This document shows positions 1 through 9,737 of a stretch of DNA of 45,109 bases, in pieces (the first letter of the stretch is position 1; the number at the start of each line of letters is the position of its first letter). This DNA is from Acaryochloridaceae cyanobacterium VAR_48_metabat_390 (GTDB lineage Bacteria; Cyanobacteriota; Cyanobacteriia; Thermosynechococcales; Thermosynechococcaceae), in the NCBI GenBank assembly GCA_031422435.1, contig JANPLU010000096.1, positions 1 through 45,109 on the forward strand. The letters run 5' to 3'. Position numbers and translations under genes: made by a program. A model generated the notes under the pieces. That model was given only the letters and a program-made list of their open reading frames with translations. It was not told the origin of the DNA and made no database searches.

Positions 1-2345
1 TCAGCTTCTAGCTCTGCACAAATGCCCAAGGAGTCGTGAATGATCACCTGCTTGAGGTAGTCAATACCGCCCTCTAGCTTATTTAGCCAAGTTGCCGTGC
101 GCTCCAATCGGTTAGCGGTGCGGATATAAAACATCAAAAAGCGGTCAATATAGCGAATCAACGTTTCTTGATCGACATCTTCTGCAATGAGCTGGGCGTG
201 CTGTGGTTTAATGCCGCCATTGCCGCAGACGTAAAGGTTCCAACCCTTTTCTGTGGCAATAATGCCAAAGTCTTTGCTCTGCGCTTCGGCACATTCGCGG
301 GTACAGCCAGACACTGCTGATTTGAGCTTGTGGGGTGCGCGTAAGCCTCGATAGCGTAATTCAACGGCGATCGCCAACCCCGTTGAGTCCTGCACCCCAA
401 ACCGACACCAGGTGCTGCCCACGCAAGACTTAACGGTACGCAGCGCCTTTCCATAGGCATGACCCGATTCAAACCCAGCTTCCACCAAGCGCTCCCAAAT
501 TAACGGAAGCTGATCGACCCGTGCGCCCAGCAGATCAATGCGCTGTCCGCCCGTAATTTTGGTGTATAGCTCAAAATCTCGCGCCACTTCGCCAATTACA
601 ATCAGCATCTGGGGCGTAATCTCGCCCCCTGGAATACGCGGAATGACCGAGTACGTCCCGTCTTTTTGAATGTTGGCTAAAAATGCATCATTGGTATCTT
701 GCAACCCCGTATGGGAGGGCATCAGCACATAATCATTCCAAGCCGAAGCCAAAATAGAGCCAACCGCAGGCTTACAAATTTCGCAGCCGCGCCCTTTGCC
801 GTGGCGCACCAGCAGTTCATCAAAGGTTTTAATTTGATGAGTGCGAATCAGCGAATACAGCTCTTGGCGAGAATAGGCAAAATGCTCACACAGGTCGTTT
901 TTAACCTCAATGCCTGCCTTCTTTAGCTCAGACTTGAGCAAATCTGTCACTAGGGGAACGCAGCCGCCGCAGCCCGTTCCGGCTTGGGTACATTTTTTGA
1001 CGCTGCCAATGTCAAGCAGTCCCTGTTCCTGAATGGCAGTGCAGATCTGTCCTTTGGTGACGTTGTTGCAAGAGCAAAGCTGCGCGGTGTCTGGCAAACT
1101 TTCCACACCCATCGAGAAGCTTCCCCCCTCACGGGGTGGCATTAGTAGGTCTTCGGGGTGGGGCGGTAGGGCGATCGCATTTTGCACTAACTGCAATAAA
1201 TTACCGTAGGCGGAAGCATCCCCAATCAAAATGCCGCCCAGCAGTAGTGAACCCGATTCATTCAGTACCAGCTTTTTGTAGGTGCCCTTGACAGCGTCTT
1301 TAATGGCAATTTCTTTAGCGCCTTCTGTGGTTCCAAAAGCATCCCCAAAGCTTGCCACGTCTACACCCAAAAGCTTGAGCTTCGTAGACATGTCTGCCCC
1401 CGTAAAGCGGTTGCTGTCGGGCGCACACAAATGATCTGCTGCCACGGTCGCCATTGTATAGCCCGGAGCAACGAGGCCGTAAATCCGGTTTTCGTAGAGG
1501 GCGCATTCGCCAATGGCATGGATATCTGCATCCGAGGTTTGGCAAACCTCGTTTACCACAATGCCACCTCGTTCACCCACTTGGAGTCCGCAGTCTTTTG
1601 CAATTTCATCACGAGGCCGAATCCCCGCTGAAAACACAATCATGTCTGTTTGCAGCTCTGTGCCATCACCAAACAGCATTTTATGAACCCTACCGTTTTG
1701 GTTCACAATTTCTGTGGTGGACTTATTGACGTGAACCTTCACGCCTAACGCTTCTATTTGGTTCTTTAAAATTTCACCGCCCACTTCATCAATCTGCACT
1801 GGCATTAGACGGGGCGCAAACTCTACCACATGGGTTTCTAGCCCCATGTTTTTAAGCGCATTGGCACATTCGAGTCCTAGCAGTCCACCGCCTATCACCA
1901 CGCCTACTTTAGAATTTTGCGCGTGGGCTGACATCGCCTCTAAGTCTTCGATGGTGCGGTAGACAAACGTACCGTCTGCGTCTTTGCCCTTAATGGGCGG
2001 CACAAAGGGGTAAGAACCTGTTGCCAATACAACTTTGTCGTAGTTGACCGTTACGCCGTTTACTGAAGTGATCGTTTTGGTATCGCGATCGATGCTGTGG
2101 GCTTTATCGCCAATATGAATCTGAATGTTGTGGGTTTGATACAGGCCAGGCTTCACGAGCGACAGATCCCCAGCAGTTTTACCCGAAAAGAATCCGCTTA
2201 GGTTAACGCGATCGTAGGCCACACGCGGCTCTTCGCAAAAGGTGATGAGGTTCCAGTCCTTCGTTGCGCCTTTGGCAATCATGCACTCTAAAAACTTGTG
2301 ACCAACCATGCCGTTGCCAATCACAATCAGATTTTTCTTCGTCAT
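1..2345 (-). CDS. nirB: NAD(P)H-dependent nitrite reductase large subunit (3' end runs off the window; absent from the ORF track)
   Basis: Manual translation from ATG 2345: MTKKNLIVIGNGMVGHKFLE (FAD fold), VIGGGLLGLECA (NADH fold), CSCNNVTKG..GTGCGGC and CEHF..GCEICKP (BFD-like Fe-S), KSCVGSTWCRFG..SGCTRECAEAQSKD (siroheme/4Fe-4S). Frame is open to position 1. Confidence 0.95.
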   Translation of the reverse strand, partial: MTKKNLIVIGNGMVGHKFLECMIAKGATKDWNLITFCEEPRVAYDRVNLSGFFSGKTAGDLSLVKPGLYQTHNIQIHIGDKAHSIDRDTKTITSVNGVTVNYDKVVLATGSYPFVPPIKGKDADGTFVYRTIEDLEAMSAHAQNSKVGVVIGGGLLGLECANALKNMGLETHVVEFAPRLMPVQIDEVGGEILKNQIEALGVKVHVNKSTTEIVNQNGRVHKMLFGDGTELQTDMIVFSAGIRPRDEIAKDCGLQVGERGGIVVNEVCQTSDADIHAIGECALYENRIYGLVAPGYTMATVAADHLCAPDSNRFTGADMSTKLKLLGVDVASFGDAFGTTEGAKEIAIKDAVKGTYKKLVLNESGSLLLGGILIGDASAYGNLLQLVQNAIALPPHPEDLLMPPREGGSFSMGVESLPDTAQLCSCNNVTKGQICTAIQEQGLLDIGSVKKCTQAGTGCGGCVPLVTDLLKSELKKAGIEVKNDLCEHFAYSRQELYSLIRTHQIKTFDELLVRHGKGRGCEICKPAVGSILASAWNDYVLMPSHTGLQDTNDAFLANIQKDGTYSVIPRIPGGEITPQMLIVIGEVARDFELYTKITGGQRIDLLGARVDQLPLIWERLVEAGFESGHAYGKALRTVKSCVGSTWCRFGVQDSTGLAIAVELRYRGLRAPHKLKSAVSGCTRECAEAQSKDFGIIATEKGWNLYVCGNGGIKPQHAQLIAEDVDQETLIRYIDRFLMFYIRTANRLERTATWLNKLEGGIDYLKQVIIHDSLGICAELEA

Positions 2346-2640
2346 AAGATTTGGGGACGCCGTATTTTTGCTCTAAACCGAATGGCAGACGAAGAAAGAT
2401 ACTAAAGGTTTTTAGGCGATGTGATTGGCTCTATTGAGTCGGTTTATGCAAAAACCGCAAGCGCAGTATTCAGTTTTTGCAATTGTTTCTTTTGTTGAGG
2501 TATCTTTCTTTCAGTCTTCGTGAGCAACCATACAGTCTACAGCGCAATTTTTCCGTCACAATTGTCACCAGAATTTCAGTTTCTGGCATTTTACAGATTG
2601 ATATTAACTGTGGTCTTGACTCGGTCAGGCTACCGAGAGA

Positions 2641-3522
2641 TTAGGGCGCTGAACTTTGGGGGGATGGGCTACTAAAGGGATTGGCTGGAGTTGTGGCGGT
2701 ACCTTGGGTACTGACAATAAGCTGCTGGATTTTATCTTTAACTTGGGCAGGTGCAAGTGCCTGGGCAGATTTGAAGAGGGTTAGAGCCTCTGTATTTTTG
2801 CCTTGGTTTTTTAAGACAATGCCTTTGGCAACGACAGGCCGGAAGTCGTTAGGGCTTTCCTTTTGAAGGCGGTCATAGAGGGCGATCGCCTCCGCTGTCT
2901 TCTGCTGCGCCAGGTACACATCTCCCATCAACAGCTCAATTGCAGGTAAGTCGGCGCTATTAGGCTGCTGCTGATTGGTTTGTTTGGCTGCTGCACTGGC
3001 CTTTTGCAGCACATCAAAGGCTGCTGCCGACTGATTTTGCTGGAGCAGCAGCGTAACGTAACGCTGAAGCGCTTCAGTATGGGTAGGCTGCTGATCTAAT
3101 ACGGTGCGGTAAGTTGCAGCCGCAGCGGGACTGTTGCCAGATTGTTCCTGTGCCTGCCCCAACAGAATTGAGTAGATAGGCTGTCCAGGGTCTAGCTTTG
3201 CAAGTTTTTCAAGGGGTTCAATCACGTCTTTGGGCTGGCGCACGCCCTGCTGAATTAGCTTAAGCCGAGTCTCTAGCAGCCCTTTTAGCACCGTAGGGTT
3301 ATTGGGATCGCGCTTTAGAACAAGCTGATAGCCCTCTTCTTCTTTTTGCAATATTTCAGGAGAATCAGCGACAGCATTGGGCTTTGCGGTAGAAATGGCG
3401 GTGGTTTCTTTCTTTTGGCTCATAATGCCACCCACCAGCGGAAGAACAGAAAGACCAATAAAGATCAGGCTAGAAACCCCTAAAACAGCAATGGTGCCCC
3501 AGCGGCGCGGTTGTTTTTGCAC
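2641..3522 (-). CDS. Membrane-anchored tetratricopeptide-repeat protein
   Basis: N-terminal hydrophobic helix followed by TPR-like helices (LLGQAQEQSGNSPAAAATYRTVL, LMGDVYLAQQKTAEAIALYDRL, PNDFRPVVAKGIVLKNQGK). Confidence 0.8.
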   Translation of the reverse strand: MQKQPRRWGTIAVLGVSSLIFIGLSVLPLVGGIMSQKKETTAISTAKPNAVADSPEILQKEEEGYQLVLKRDPNNPTVLKGLLETRLKLIQQGVRQPKDVIEPLEKLAKLDPGQPIYSILLGQAQEQSGNSPAAAATYRTVLDQQPTHTEALQRYVTLLLQQNQSAAAFDVLQKASAAAKQTNQQQPNSADLPAIELLMGDVYLAQQKTAEAIALYDRLQKESPNDFRPVVAKGIVLKNQGKNTEALTLFKSAQALAPAQVKDKIQQLIVSTQGTATTPANPFSSPSPQSSAP

Positions 3523-3642
3523 TCAGATTATCTCAACTCTTAGAGTATTATCGGTGATTCGCGTCCGATTCCGCAGTTCGCTAATCCTAACAGGGCAGGG
3601 GACTGTAGCGGCAAATGCGCTGACTGCACATCACATTTTAAG

Positions 3643-4656
3643 ATGAAAGTAGGGAACCCTATAAGGGTCACTGCTGCACCTGCTCAGATGAATGAGACTG
3701 ATGTTATTGAAGCCCTGGATCAATCCTGTCAAGGTTTAGGTCTAATTTTTCAGGTGGTTCAAGATGCCGAAACGCTCTACGTTTACGTCAATCGGCCTAA
3801 GGCAGGACAGTCTTTTTCTTACGCATCGCTGACGCAGAGGGTTCAGAGGGCGATCGCAGCGTACCAAAACTCCGCCGCCCTCCAGATTCCGCAGGTTCAC
3901 ACGCTGCATCTGTATAGTCGTGAGCTGGGTACCGTGGAGCCAGATTGGGAAACCTCCATTGCGATCGCCTGCGCCGAAATAGAGACGTTGGAGACTCTTC
4001 CTGAAGCGGTTGTAGCTGTGCCGGAGCCTGACGCTCTAGCACCCGAAAATCTTAAGGTTGATGAGCCAGAAACCCTAGAAATTGACTCTGAGATCGGAGC
4101 TGCCGATCTCAGTCACTACTGTTTCACGCGCAATCACGCGCTGCTAACCGCCGAAATCCTCCCCCCCACTGAAAAAATTGCGTATCTGGTGCAAAGCTTT
4201 CATCTTTTACCGTTTTTAGACAAATTGAGCGCCCTGACCCATGTAGAAGGGTTTTTCCGAGGCATTAGTCCGCCAGCATTAGAGGATTCAACGGTTGAGG
4301 CTCAGGCATGGCTCCAGCAGCTTCAGCAAATAGAGCCAGCCGATCTGCGCAAAACTGCTATTTGGATGAGTCGCTACTGTCTTAACCCAGAAGCGGCTAT
4401 GAGCCAAGTTGCAGTCGTGGTGCCGCAGCCTGAGGCAACAGCCAGCACCGTCAATCCTCAGCCTGCTACGCCGCAATCTTTAGTCCAGATGATGTTGGCA
4501 ACGCCCGCAAAGCCTTCGTTAGAAATGTATTCTGCGGCTGCCCCTGCTCGACCCAGAGCGGTGAGTCCTCCCCAGCCGTCTCTTCAGTCTGCCCCGCCGC
4601 CGCCACTTGCGACAGTTAAGAAAACCCGACCTCGTTTTTTTGGCATGAGCATCTAG
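3643..4656 (+). CDS. Hypothetical protein
   Basis: 337-aa ORF with globular-looking segments, an acidic linker and a Pro-rich tail. No family recognised. Confidence 0.65.
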   Translation: MKVGNPIRVTAAPAQMNETDVIEALDQSCQGLGLIFQVVQDAETLYVYVNRPKAGQSFSYASLTQRVQRAIAAYQNSAALQIPQVHTLHLYSRELGTVEPDWETSIAIACAEIETLETLPEAVVAVPEPDALAPENLKVDEPETLEIDSEIGAADLSHYCFTRNHALLTAEILPPTEKIAYLVQSFHLLPFLDKLSALTHVEGFFRGISPPALEDSTVEAQAWLQQLQQIEPADLRKTAIWMSRYCLNPEAAMSQVAVVVPQPEATASTVNPQPATPQSLVQMMLATPAKPSLEMYSAAAPARPRAVSPPQPSLQSAPPPPLATVKKTRPRFFGMSI

Positions 4657-4688
4657 ACAGTTTTCTGCACCCTTAACCCTTCAGCCTA

Positions 4689-5786
4689 CTAACAGATTAT
4701 TTTCGGTAGCTTAATGATAAAGCTTGTCCCCTTTCCCGCCTCACTTTCCACCGTAATCGTCCCTCGATGAGCCTCAACAATGTTCTTTGCTAAAAATAAG
4801 CCTAAACCCCAGCCCGTTTGATCTTCTGCACTGTTGGTACGACGAAATTGCTGAAAAAGGATAGATTGAGCTTCTTCATCAATGGGGTTGCCTTCATTAT
4901 GGAGCGTGAGAAGAATTTGTTTGTTTGTTTGCTCAAGAGTGAGCGTAATGGGTGTTTTAGGAGAGCCATACTTCACGGCATTAATCGCTAAGTTTTCAAT
5001 CACCCGACTCAATTCTTTAATATTACAGTTCCCTCTGACCGTGGACTCAGCAATTACTATAAATCTCTCTCCATGAGCAACGGTTAAGTTCTCTACGACG
5101 TCATAAACTAACTTATTTAGGTCTACTTCTTCTAAAGTAAGCTTCAAACGATATCCTGCCCTTAGCCGACTTGCATCGAGTAAATTCTGAATCATTGTAT
5201 TGAGACGAGCAATCGAACCCATCACCTTCTTCAGTACATCCTGACTCGAATCTTCTTCTTCCATTCGATGCAGGATCATTTGGGTGCCCATTGTAATGAC
5301 ATGGAGAGGATTTCTCAGGTCATGGGTGAGCGTCACCATAAACATGTCTTGAATATCTTGAAGCGTTTGTGAAAATTGTGTAGCAGCATCATTTACCGCT
5401 TGCTCAACTGAGGTGATAATGATGTCTCGCTCTTGCGTATTTAAAGGCTCTTCCTCCTCTAAGACTTCAAAGATAACCTGACGGAGAAGGTGATATTCAA
5501 ATATAACTTGACTCAACGTATAGTCTGCATATGCTGCTCGTTCTTCCCCATGCTTCTTCCCAAGCCGCGTATTTTCTGAAGCGCTTGCTGTCACCTGAGC
5601 ATGGGTCTTAAGAATGTGAGTCGAGAGTTCATCAATTAGCTGATCAAGATAGGCAGGTAAAGAATCATGCAAAACGATGGAATCTTGATGTACTGAAGCA
5701 GTGACTTCGGCTCTTACCCTTTGCTCCCATAACTGCATAATTTTAGGCACATTCTGCTGAAGCCTTTCAAATACTGGGGTAGGCAC
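4689..5786 (-). CDS. Cytoplasmic sensor histidine kinase (RsbRD-N-like sensor, HisKA, HATPase)
   Basis: H-box LTHDLRNPL, N-box NLAINAVKYG, G2 box GWGLGL, GTSFIIKLP. N-terminal HGEERA..YTLSQVIFEYHLLRQVI is RsbRD_N-like. Confidence 0.9.
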   Translation of the reverse strand: MPTPVFERLQQNVPKIMQLWEQRVRAEVTASVHQDSIVLHDSLPAYLDQLIDELSTHILKTHAQVTASASENTRLGKKHGEERAAYADYTLSQVIFEYHLLRQVIFEVLEEEEPLNTQERDIIITSVEQAVNDAATQFSQTLQDIQDMFMVTLTHDLRNPLHVITMGTQMILHRMEEEDSSQDVLKKVMGSIARLNTMIQNLLDASRLRAGYRLKLTLEEVDLNKLVYDVVENLTVAHGERFIVIAESTVRGNCNIKELSRVIENLAINAVKYGSPKTPITLTLEQTNKQILLTLHNEGNPIDEEAQSILFQQFRRTNSAEDQTGWGLGLFLAKNIVEAHRGTITVESEAGKGTSFIIKLPKIIC

Positions 5787-5864
5787 CGTTCTTGGTCCTT
5801 GCTTGAATAACCGGAGTTCAGATAAAGTAGGGGCTAACGAGTAAGCTGAAGATTATTATACAAG

Positions 5865-6019
5865 ACGTAAGTTCGACGGAAACCAATCACCCCTCATCCT
5901 CCCAGCCTCCTTCTCCCGCTTGAGAAGGAGGAGCAGCCAAAGATCAGGACTTTTAAGCCTCTGTTCTACGGGAGAGGGGTTGGGGGTGAGGGGCTTCAAG
6001 TGCATTATCGAACTCACGT
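5865..6019. mobile_element. MITE-like element, copy 1
   Basis: Ends ACGTaAGTTCGA / TCGAACTCACGT. Internal CCCCTCATCCTCCCAGCCTCCTTCTCCC..GGGAGAGGGGTTGGGGGTGAGGGG fold-back. Homologous to 26259-26411. Confidence 0.8.
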
Positions 6020-6031
6020 TAAATAGGATTG

Positions 6032-7702
6032 CTATATATCTTTATCTGGAACTTCATATAAAAATTTGAAGTTCAATAAGTCATGGACAAAATCAAATTC
6101 TTTCTGCCATTCTTCTTGAAAAGTCTCGAAGTATTGATTAATATACTGTTCTTGAGTAGCATCAGTTTGCGTAGGATTTTCTTTTTGAATTTGAAGCAGT
6201 CTCCGTAGCGTTTCTGTAGCCTGTTTGATATTGAGTAAAGGATTGAGTAGCTCCTCTGAGACAGAACTCCTGAAGTCGTTTCTTAGGCGCGTTAACCGCT
6301 CTGTAGCATTTGCAACGTCTTGCTCAGAATAGTCGGGCTGACGAAAGAGCTGGACTCCATAGCTCACAATGCGAGAGATTAATTTAACTTGGGCTACCGT
6401 CCAAAGGGGCTTTCCTGTGGTTATAATTCCTACCTCTCCCACGACTTGCGCCTCTGTAAGGGAAGACTTTTTGGGCACTACCTCAATGGGGCAAATCAGG
6501 CGCTGCTGCGCTGCACTACAGGGGAAGCGATAGGGTGTGGGAATCACGTCGGTGTCGGGATTAATCCAGCTCTCTTTCTTAAAAAGGTAGCCATAAAAAT
6601 TAGGGTAAAGCTCTAAATCTACTTCAGTACCTAGGGCAGAAGAATAAACATTTTGTCGGTCAAGGTTAATATACTCACTTACAATTTCTGAGGCTGCAAA
6701 TTTTTCATTATGCAGTGCAGCCCAACAGTAGTCTGCGTCTAAGATTGTGCCGAGTTCACCTAGGGTGATGTTCAAGATCTCACCTTCGCTGGTGGCGGTG
6801 CGGGACTGAGCAATAATTCGGTTCAAGACTTCGATACAGGCGATCGCCTGTTCATGTACAGCCGTTTTGACCTGAAGCTTAGATACAAAAGACCACTGAA
6901 ACGACGTAAGGTCTTGGATTTGCCGGAGTAACTGCGGTTGGACATTTTGGCAGTCGGTTTTATCCTGGAAAATCATGATGCTGCCCACAATCTCCCCATC
7001 TCGATTTTTAATGGGGGCAGCCGAGTCACTAATGACCCGCTCTGTGCCATCTTTGGTTCGCAGCAAACACCCATCAGGCAGATTAAGGGCATAGCCGAGT
7101 CGCATCACCTGTAGACCGGGATTTTCGACGGGTTCTCGGTTTAACGCGTAAATTAAGGGAATAACTTGGTTAATGTCTTGCCCCAAGGCATCTTTCTTTC
7201 GCCATCCCGTCATACGCTCCGCCATCGGATTCATGAAGGTCACAACGCCTCTGCGGTCGGTGGCAATGGCGGCATCTCCCATGCTGGTCAACATATCCGA
7301 AAGCCCAGCTTGCTGCTGTTTCAGAGCTTGCTCTCTCTGATGCCGCTGAAGGGCAATTTGAATAGTGGTGTGGAGCTGCTGAATGTGAAAGGGCTTAACA
7401 ACGTATCCAAAAGGGTAGGTTCGCGTGGCTTGCGCCAGGGTTTGTTCATCGGCATAGGCCGTTAGATAAACAACCGGAATGTCATGGAGACGATAGATTT
7501 CTTCTGCCGCTTCGATTCCATTGACCTCGCCCTCGATCTGGATATCCATTAAAACCAAATCGGGTCTGATGATAGAAGCCGTTAGAGTTGCCTCTGATGC
7601 AGTTGTGACCTCATCAAAAACCCGATGCCCTAACTCTTTTAGAGCTTCTTTAGTAATCCAAGCAACGTCTTTTTCATCTTCAACAATTAAAATATAGGCC
7701 AT
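6032..7702 (-). CDS. Response regulator with REC-PAS-GAF domains and a degenerate HisKA-like tail
   Basis: ILIVEDE..PDLVLMDI..YVVKPF receiver; DAAIATDRRGVVTFMNPMAERMTGW PAS; GAF-like segment; C-terminal VSEELLNPLLNI. Confidence 0.85.
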   Translation of the reverse strand: MAYILIVEDEKDVAWITKEALKELGHRVFDEVTTASEATLTASIIRPDLVLMDIQIEGEVNGIEAAEEIYRLHDIPVVYLTAYADEQTLAQATRTYPFGYVVKPFHIQQLHTTIQIALQRHQREQALKQQQAGLSDMLTSMGDAAIATDRRGVVTFMNPMAERMTGWRKKDALGQDINQVIPLIYALNREPVENPGLQVMRLGYALNLPDGCLLRTKDGTERVISDSAAPIKNRDGEIVGSIMIFQDKTDCQNVQPQLLRQIQDLTSFQWSFVSKLQVKTAVHEQAIACIEVLNRIIAQSRTATSEGEILNITLGELGTILDADYCWAALHNEKFAASEIVSEYINLDRQNVYSSALGTEVDLELYPNFYGYLFKKESWINPDTDVIPTPYRFPCSAAQQRLICPIEVVPKKSSLTEAQVVGEVGIITTGKPLWTVAQVKLISRIVSYGVQLFRQPDYSEQDVANATERLTRLRNDFRSSVSEELLNPLLNIKQATETLRRLLQIQKENPTQTDATQEQYINQYFETFQEEWQKEFDFVHDLLNFKFLYEVPDKDI

Positions 7703-7962
7703 TTAGCTAACCTCACGTTCCAGGGTATCGTAAGTTTATTTTTTGATTTATATTCAAACAATCGAATTAATATATGAAGATAAGCTTATTGGATTGAAAA
7801 CTTAATCTTTTTTATTCATTAATCTCGTTTTCTACTTTTGGTAATCGCCTCAGCAACTCAACATTTTGAGGCTCACATAAAATTGACCGCCGATGATGCA
7901 TCACCAGCGTAAAGAAATAGATGCCGCCTAATATTTTTTGCTCTACGATACTCCACGGCTTA

Positions 7963-7989
7963 GGACTTGGGTTAAGAAACCCAAGCTAC
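7963..7989 (-). repeat. GTAG-type REP-like hairpin downstream of guaA
   Basis: Minus strand GTAG-CTTGGGTT-TCTT-AACCCAAG-TCC, similar to the element at 32420-32453. Confidence 0.5.
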
Positions 7990-8009
7990 CACTCCCTAAA
8001 AAAACTGAC

Positions 8010-9665
8010 CTACTCCCACTCAATGGTGCCAGGGGGTTTTGAAGTAATGTCGTACACCACGCGGTTAACTCCTTCTACCTCATTAACAATGCGATTAGAA
8101 ATTTTTTCCAGCAGTTCGTAGGGCGCGCGGGACCAGTCTGCGGTCATGCCATCCTCGCTAGAAACCAGGCGCAGCACAATGGGGTAGGCATAGGTGCGTT
8201 TGTCACCCATTACGCCAACGCTGCGAACTGGAAGTAATACTGCAAATGCCTGCCAGTAGTCGTGGTAGACCCCAGCGCGGTTAATTTCTTGGCGCACAAT
8301 CAAATCGGCATCCCGCAAGATATTAAGGCGTTCTGCCGTGACTTCGCCAATGATGCGAATGGCTAGCCCAGGCCCAGGAAACGGATGCCGCTTCACAATT
8401 TCATCCGGCAAGCCCAGCGCGCGGCCTAATTTACGAACTTCATCTTTGAACAGCTTGCGGAGTGGCTCCACTAGCTTAAATCGTAGGTCTTTGGGCAGCC
8501 CACCTACGTTGTGATGGCTCTTAATTTTGACGGCAACGCGTTCTCCTGTGGCAGGATCCACGTTGGTGTCAGCAGACTCAATTACGTCTGGGTAAAGGGT
8601 ACCTTGGGCGAGGTAGTCAAATGGCCCTAACCGCCGCGATTCTTCTTCAAAGACCTGAATAAACTCGTGTCCAATCCGCTTGCGCTTTTCTTCTGGATCG
8701 GTAATGCCTTCAATGCGCGCTAAAAAGCGATCGCGGGCATGGACGTACTCCACCGCGATATGAAATTCGTCCTTAAACAATTTGACCAGGCGCTCTGGCT
8801 CTAGCTTGCGCATAAAGCCTTGGTCAATAAACATGCACGTCAGCTGATCGCCGATGGCGCGGTGCAGCAAAAAAGCCAGCGTTGAGGAGTCAACCCCGCC
8901 AGAGAGCGCTAGCAACACACGCTTAGTACCTACTCTGGCGCGAATTTCGCGGATGGATTCTTCTACAAAGGCATCAGTTGTCCAGGTAGGTTCGCACTCG
9001 CAGATGTGGTAAACAAAGTTGCGGATGAGAGCCTGTCCCCCAACGGAATGCACTACCTCTGGATGGAACTGCACCCCGTAAAAGTTGCGCTCATGGTGGG
9101 CGATCGCCGCGCAGGACGTATTGGTTGTGTGAGCCAAGATCTTAAAACCATCGGGAAGCTGCGTAACAGAATCGCCGTGGCTCATCCACATGATGGCTTC
9201 ATCCTCTACATTGGTGAAGAGATCTGTGGGGTCATCAATGTGTAGTGAAGCTTTACCATACTCAGCTAAGTCAGACCGCTCGACCTGTCCGCCGAGCTGC
9301 TGCACCATAAGCTGCATACCGTAGCAAACGCCTAAGACGGGTACACCAAGCTGCCAAATTTCTGGATCGCAAAGGGGAGCGCCATCATCGTACACAGAGC
9401 TAGGTCCCCCCGACAAAATGATGCCCTTGGGGTTGAGCTGCTTGAGCTGCGCCGCCGTGGTGCGGTAAGACAGTACCTCAGAATAAACCTGGGTTTCTCG
9501 AATGCGACGGGCAATGAGTTCAGAATATTGGGAGCCAAAGTCTAAAATCGCAATAATCTGACGATTGAGCGCTTGGGTGCTGTGTTCTGGGGATTGTGGT
9601 GAGGCAGTAGTGGACTGCTGGGCTTGAGAAGGCACTGGAATCATCCCCGCTCCTGAGTCAGACAT
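8010..9665 (-). CDS. guaA: GMP synthase (glutamine-hydrolysing)
   Basis: [43 protein letters not shown]-terminal [10 protein letters not shown]. Confidence 0.99.
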   Translation of the reverse strand: MSDSGAGMIPVPSQAQQSTTASPQSPEHSTQALNRQIIAILDFGSQYSELIARRIRETQVYSEVLSYRTTAAQLKQLNPKGIILSGGPSSVYDDGAPLCDPEIWQLGVPVLGVCYGMQLMVQQLGGQVERSDLAEYGKASLHIDDPTDLFTNVEDEAIMWMSHGDSVTQLPDGFKILAHTTNTSCAAIAHHERNFYGVQFHPEVVHSVGGQALIRNFVYHICECEPTWTTDAFVEESIREIRARVGTKRVLLALSGGVDSSTLAFLLHRAIGDQLTCMFIDQGFMRKLEPERLVKLFKDEFHIAVEYVHARDRFLARIEGITDPEEKRKRIGHEFIQVFEEESRRLGPFDYLAQGTLYPDVIESADTNVDPATGERVAVKIKSHHNVGGLPKDLRFKLVEPLRKLFKDEVRKLGRALGLPDEIVKRHPFPGPGLAIRIIGEVTAERLNILRDADLIVRQEINRAGVYHDYWQAFAVLLPVRSVGVMGDKRTYAYPIVLRLVSSEDGMTADWSRAPYELLEKISNRIVNEVEGVNRVVYDITSKPPGTIEWE

Positions 9666-9737
9666 ATTTCTTCAAGTTTAGGTTCTGGAGGGCGGTTTTG
9701 CAATTCGGGATAGATTGGGAGGGTATTTAGCATTGAC

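Noticed and set aside
158..1729. Short ORFs listed in the track
   Set aside because: They are shadows of nirB, which the track missed because it has no stop codon inside the window.
2520..2533. NtcA-like GTA-N8-CAC upstream of nirB
   Set aside because: One mismatch and no TAN3T at the expected 21-23 nt spacing; too weak to call.
7709..7720. CTCACGTT resembling a MITE end
   Set aside because: No partner TIR; better explained by the GAGG ribosome-binding site of the regulator gene.
4660..8030. guaA-integrated genomic island
   Set aside because: The guaA 3' end is a known integration site, but there is no integrase and I found no duplicated guaA 3' sequence at the far boundary.
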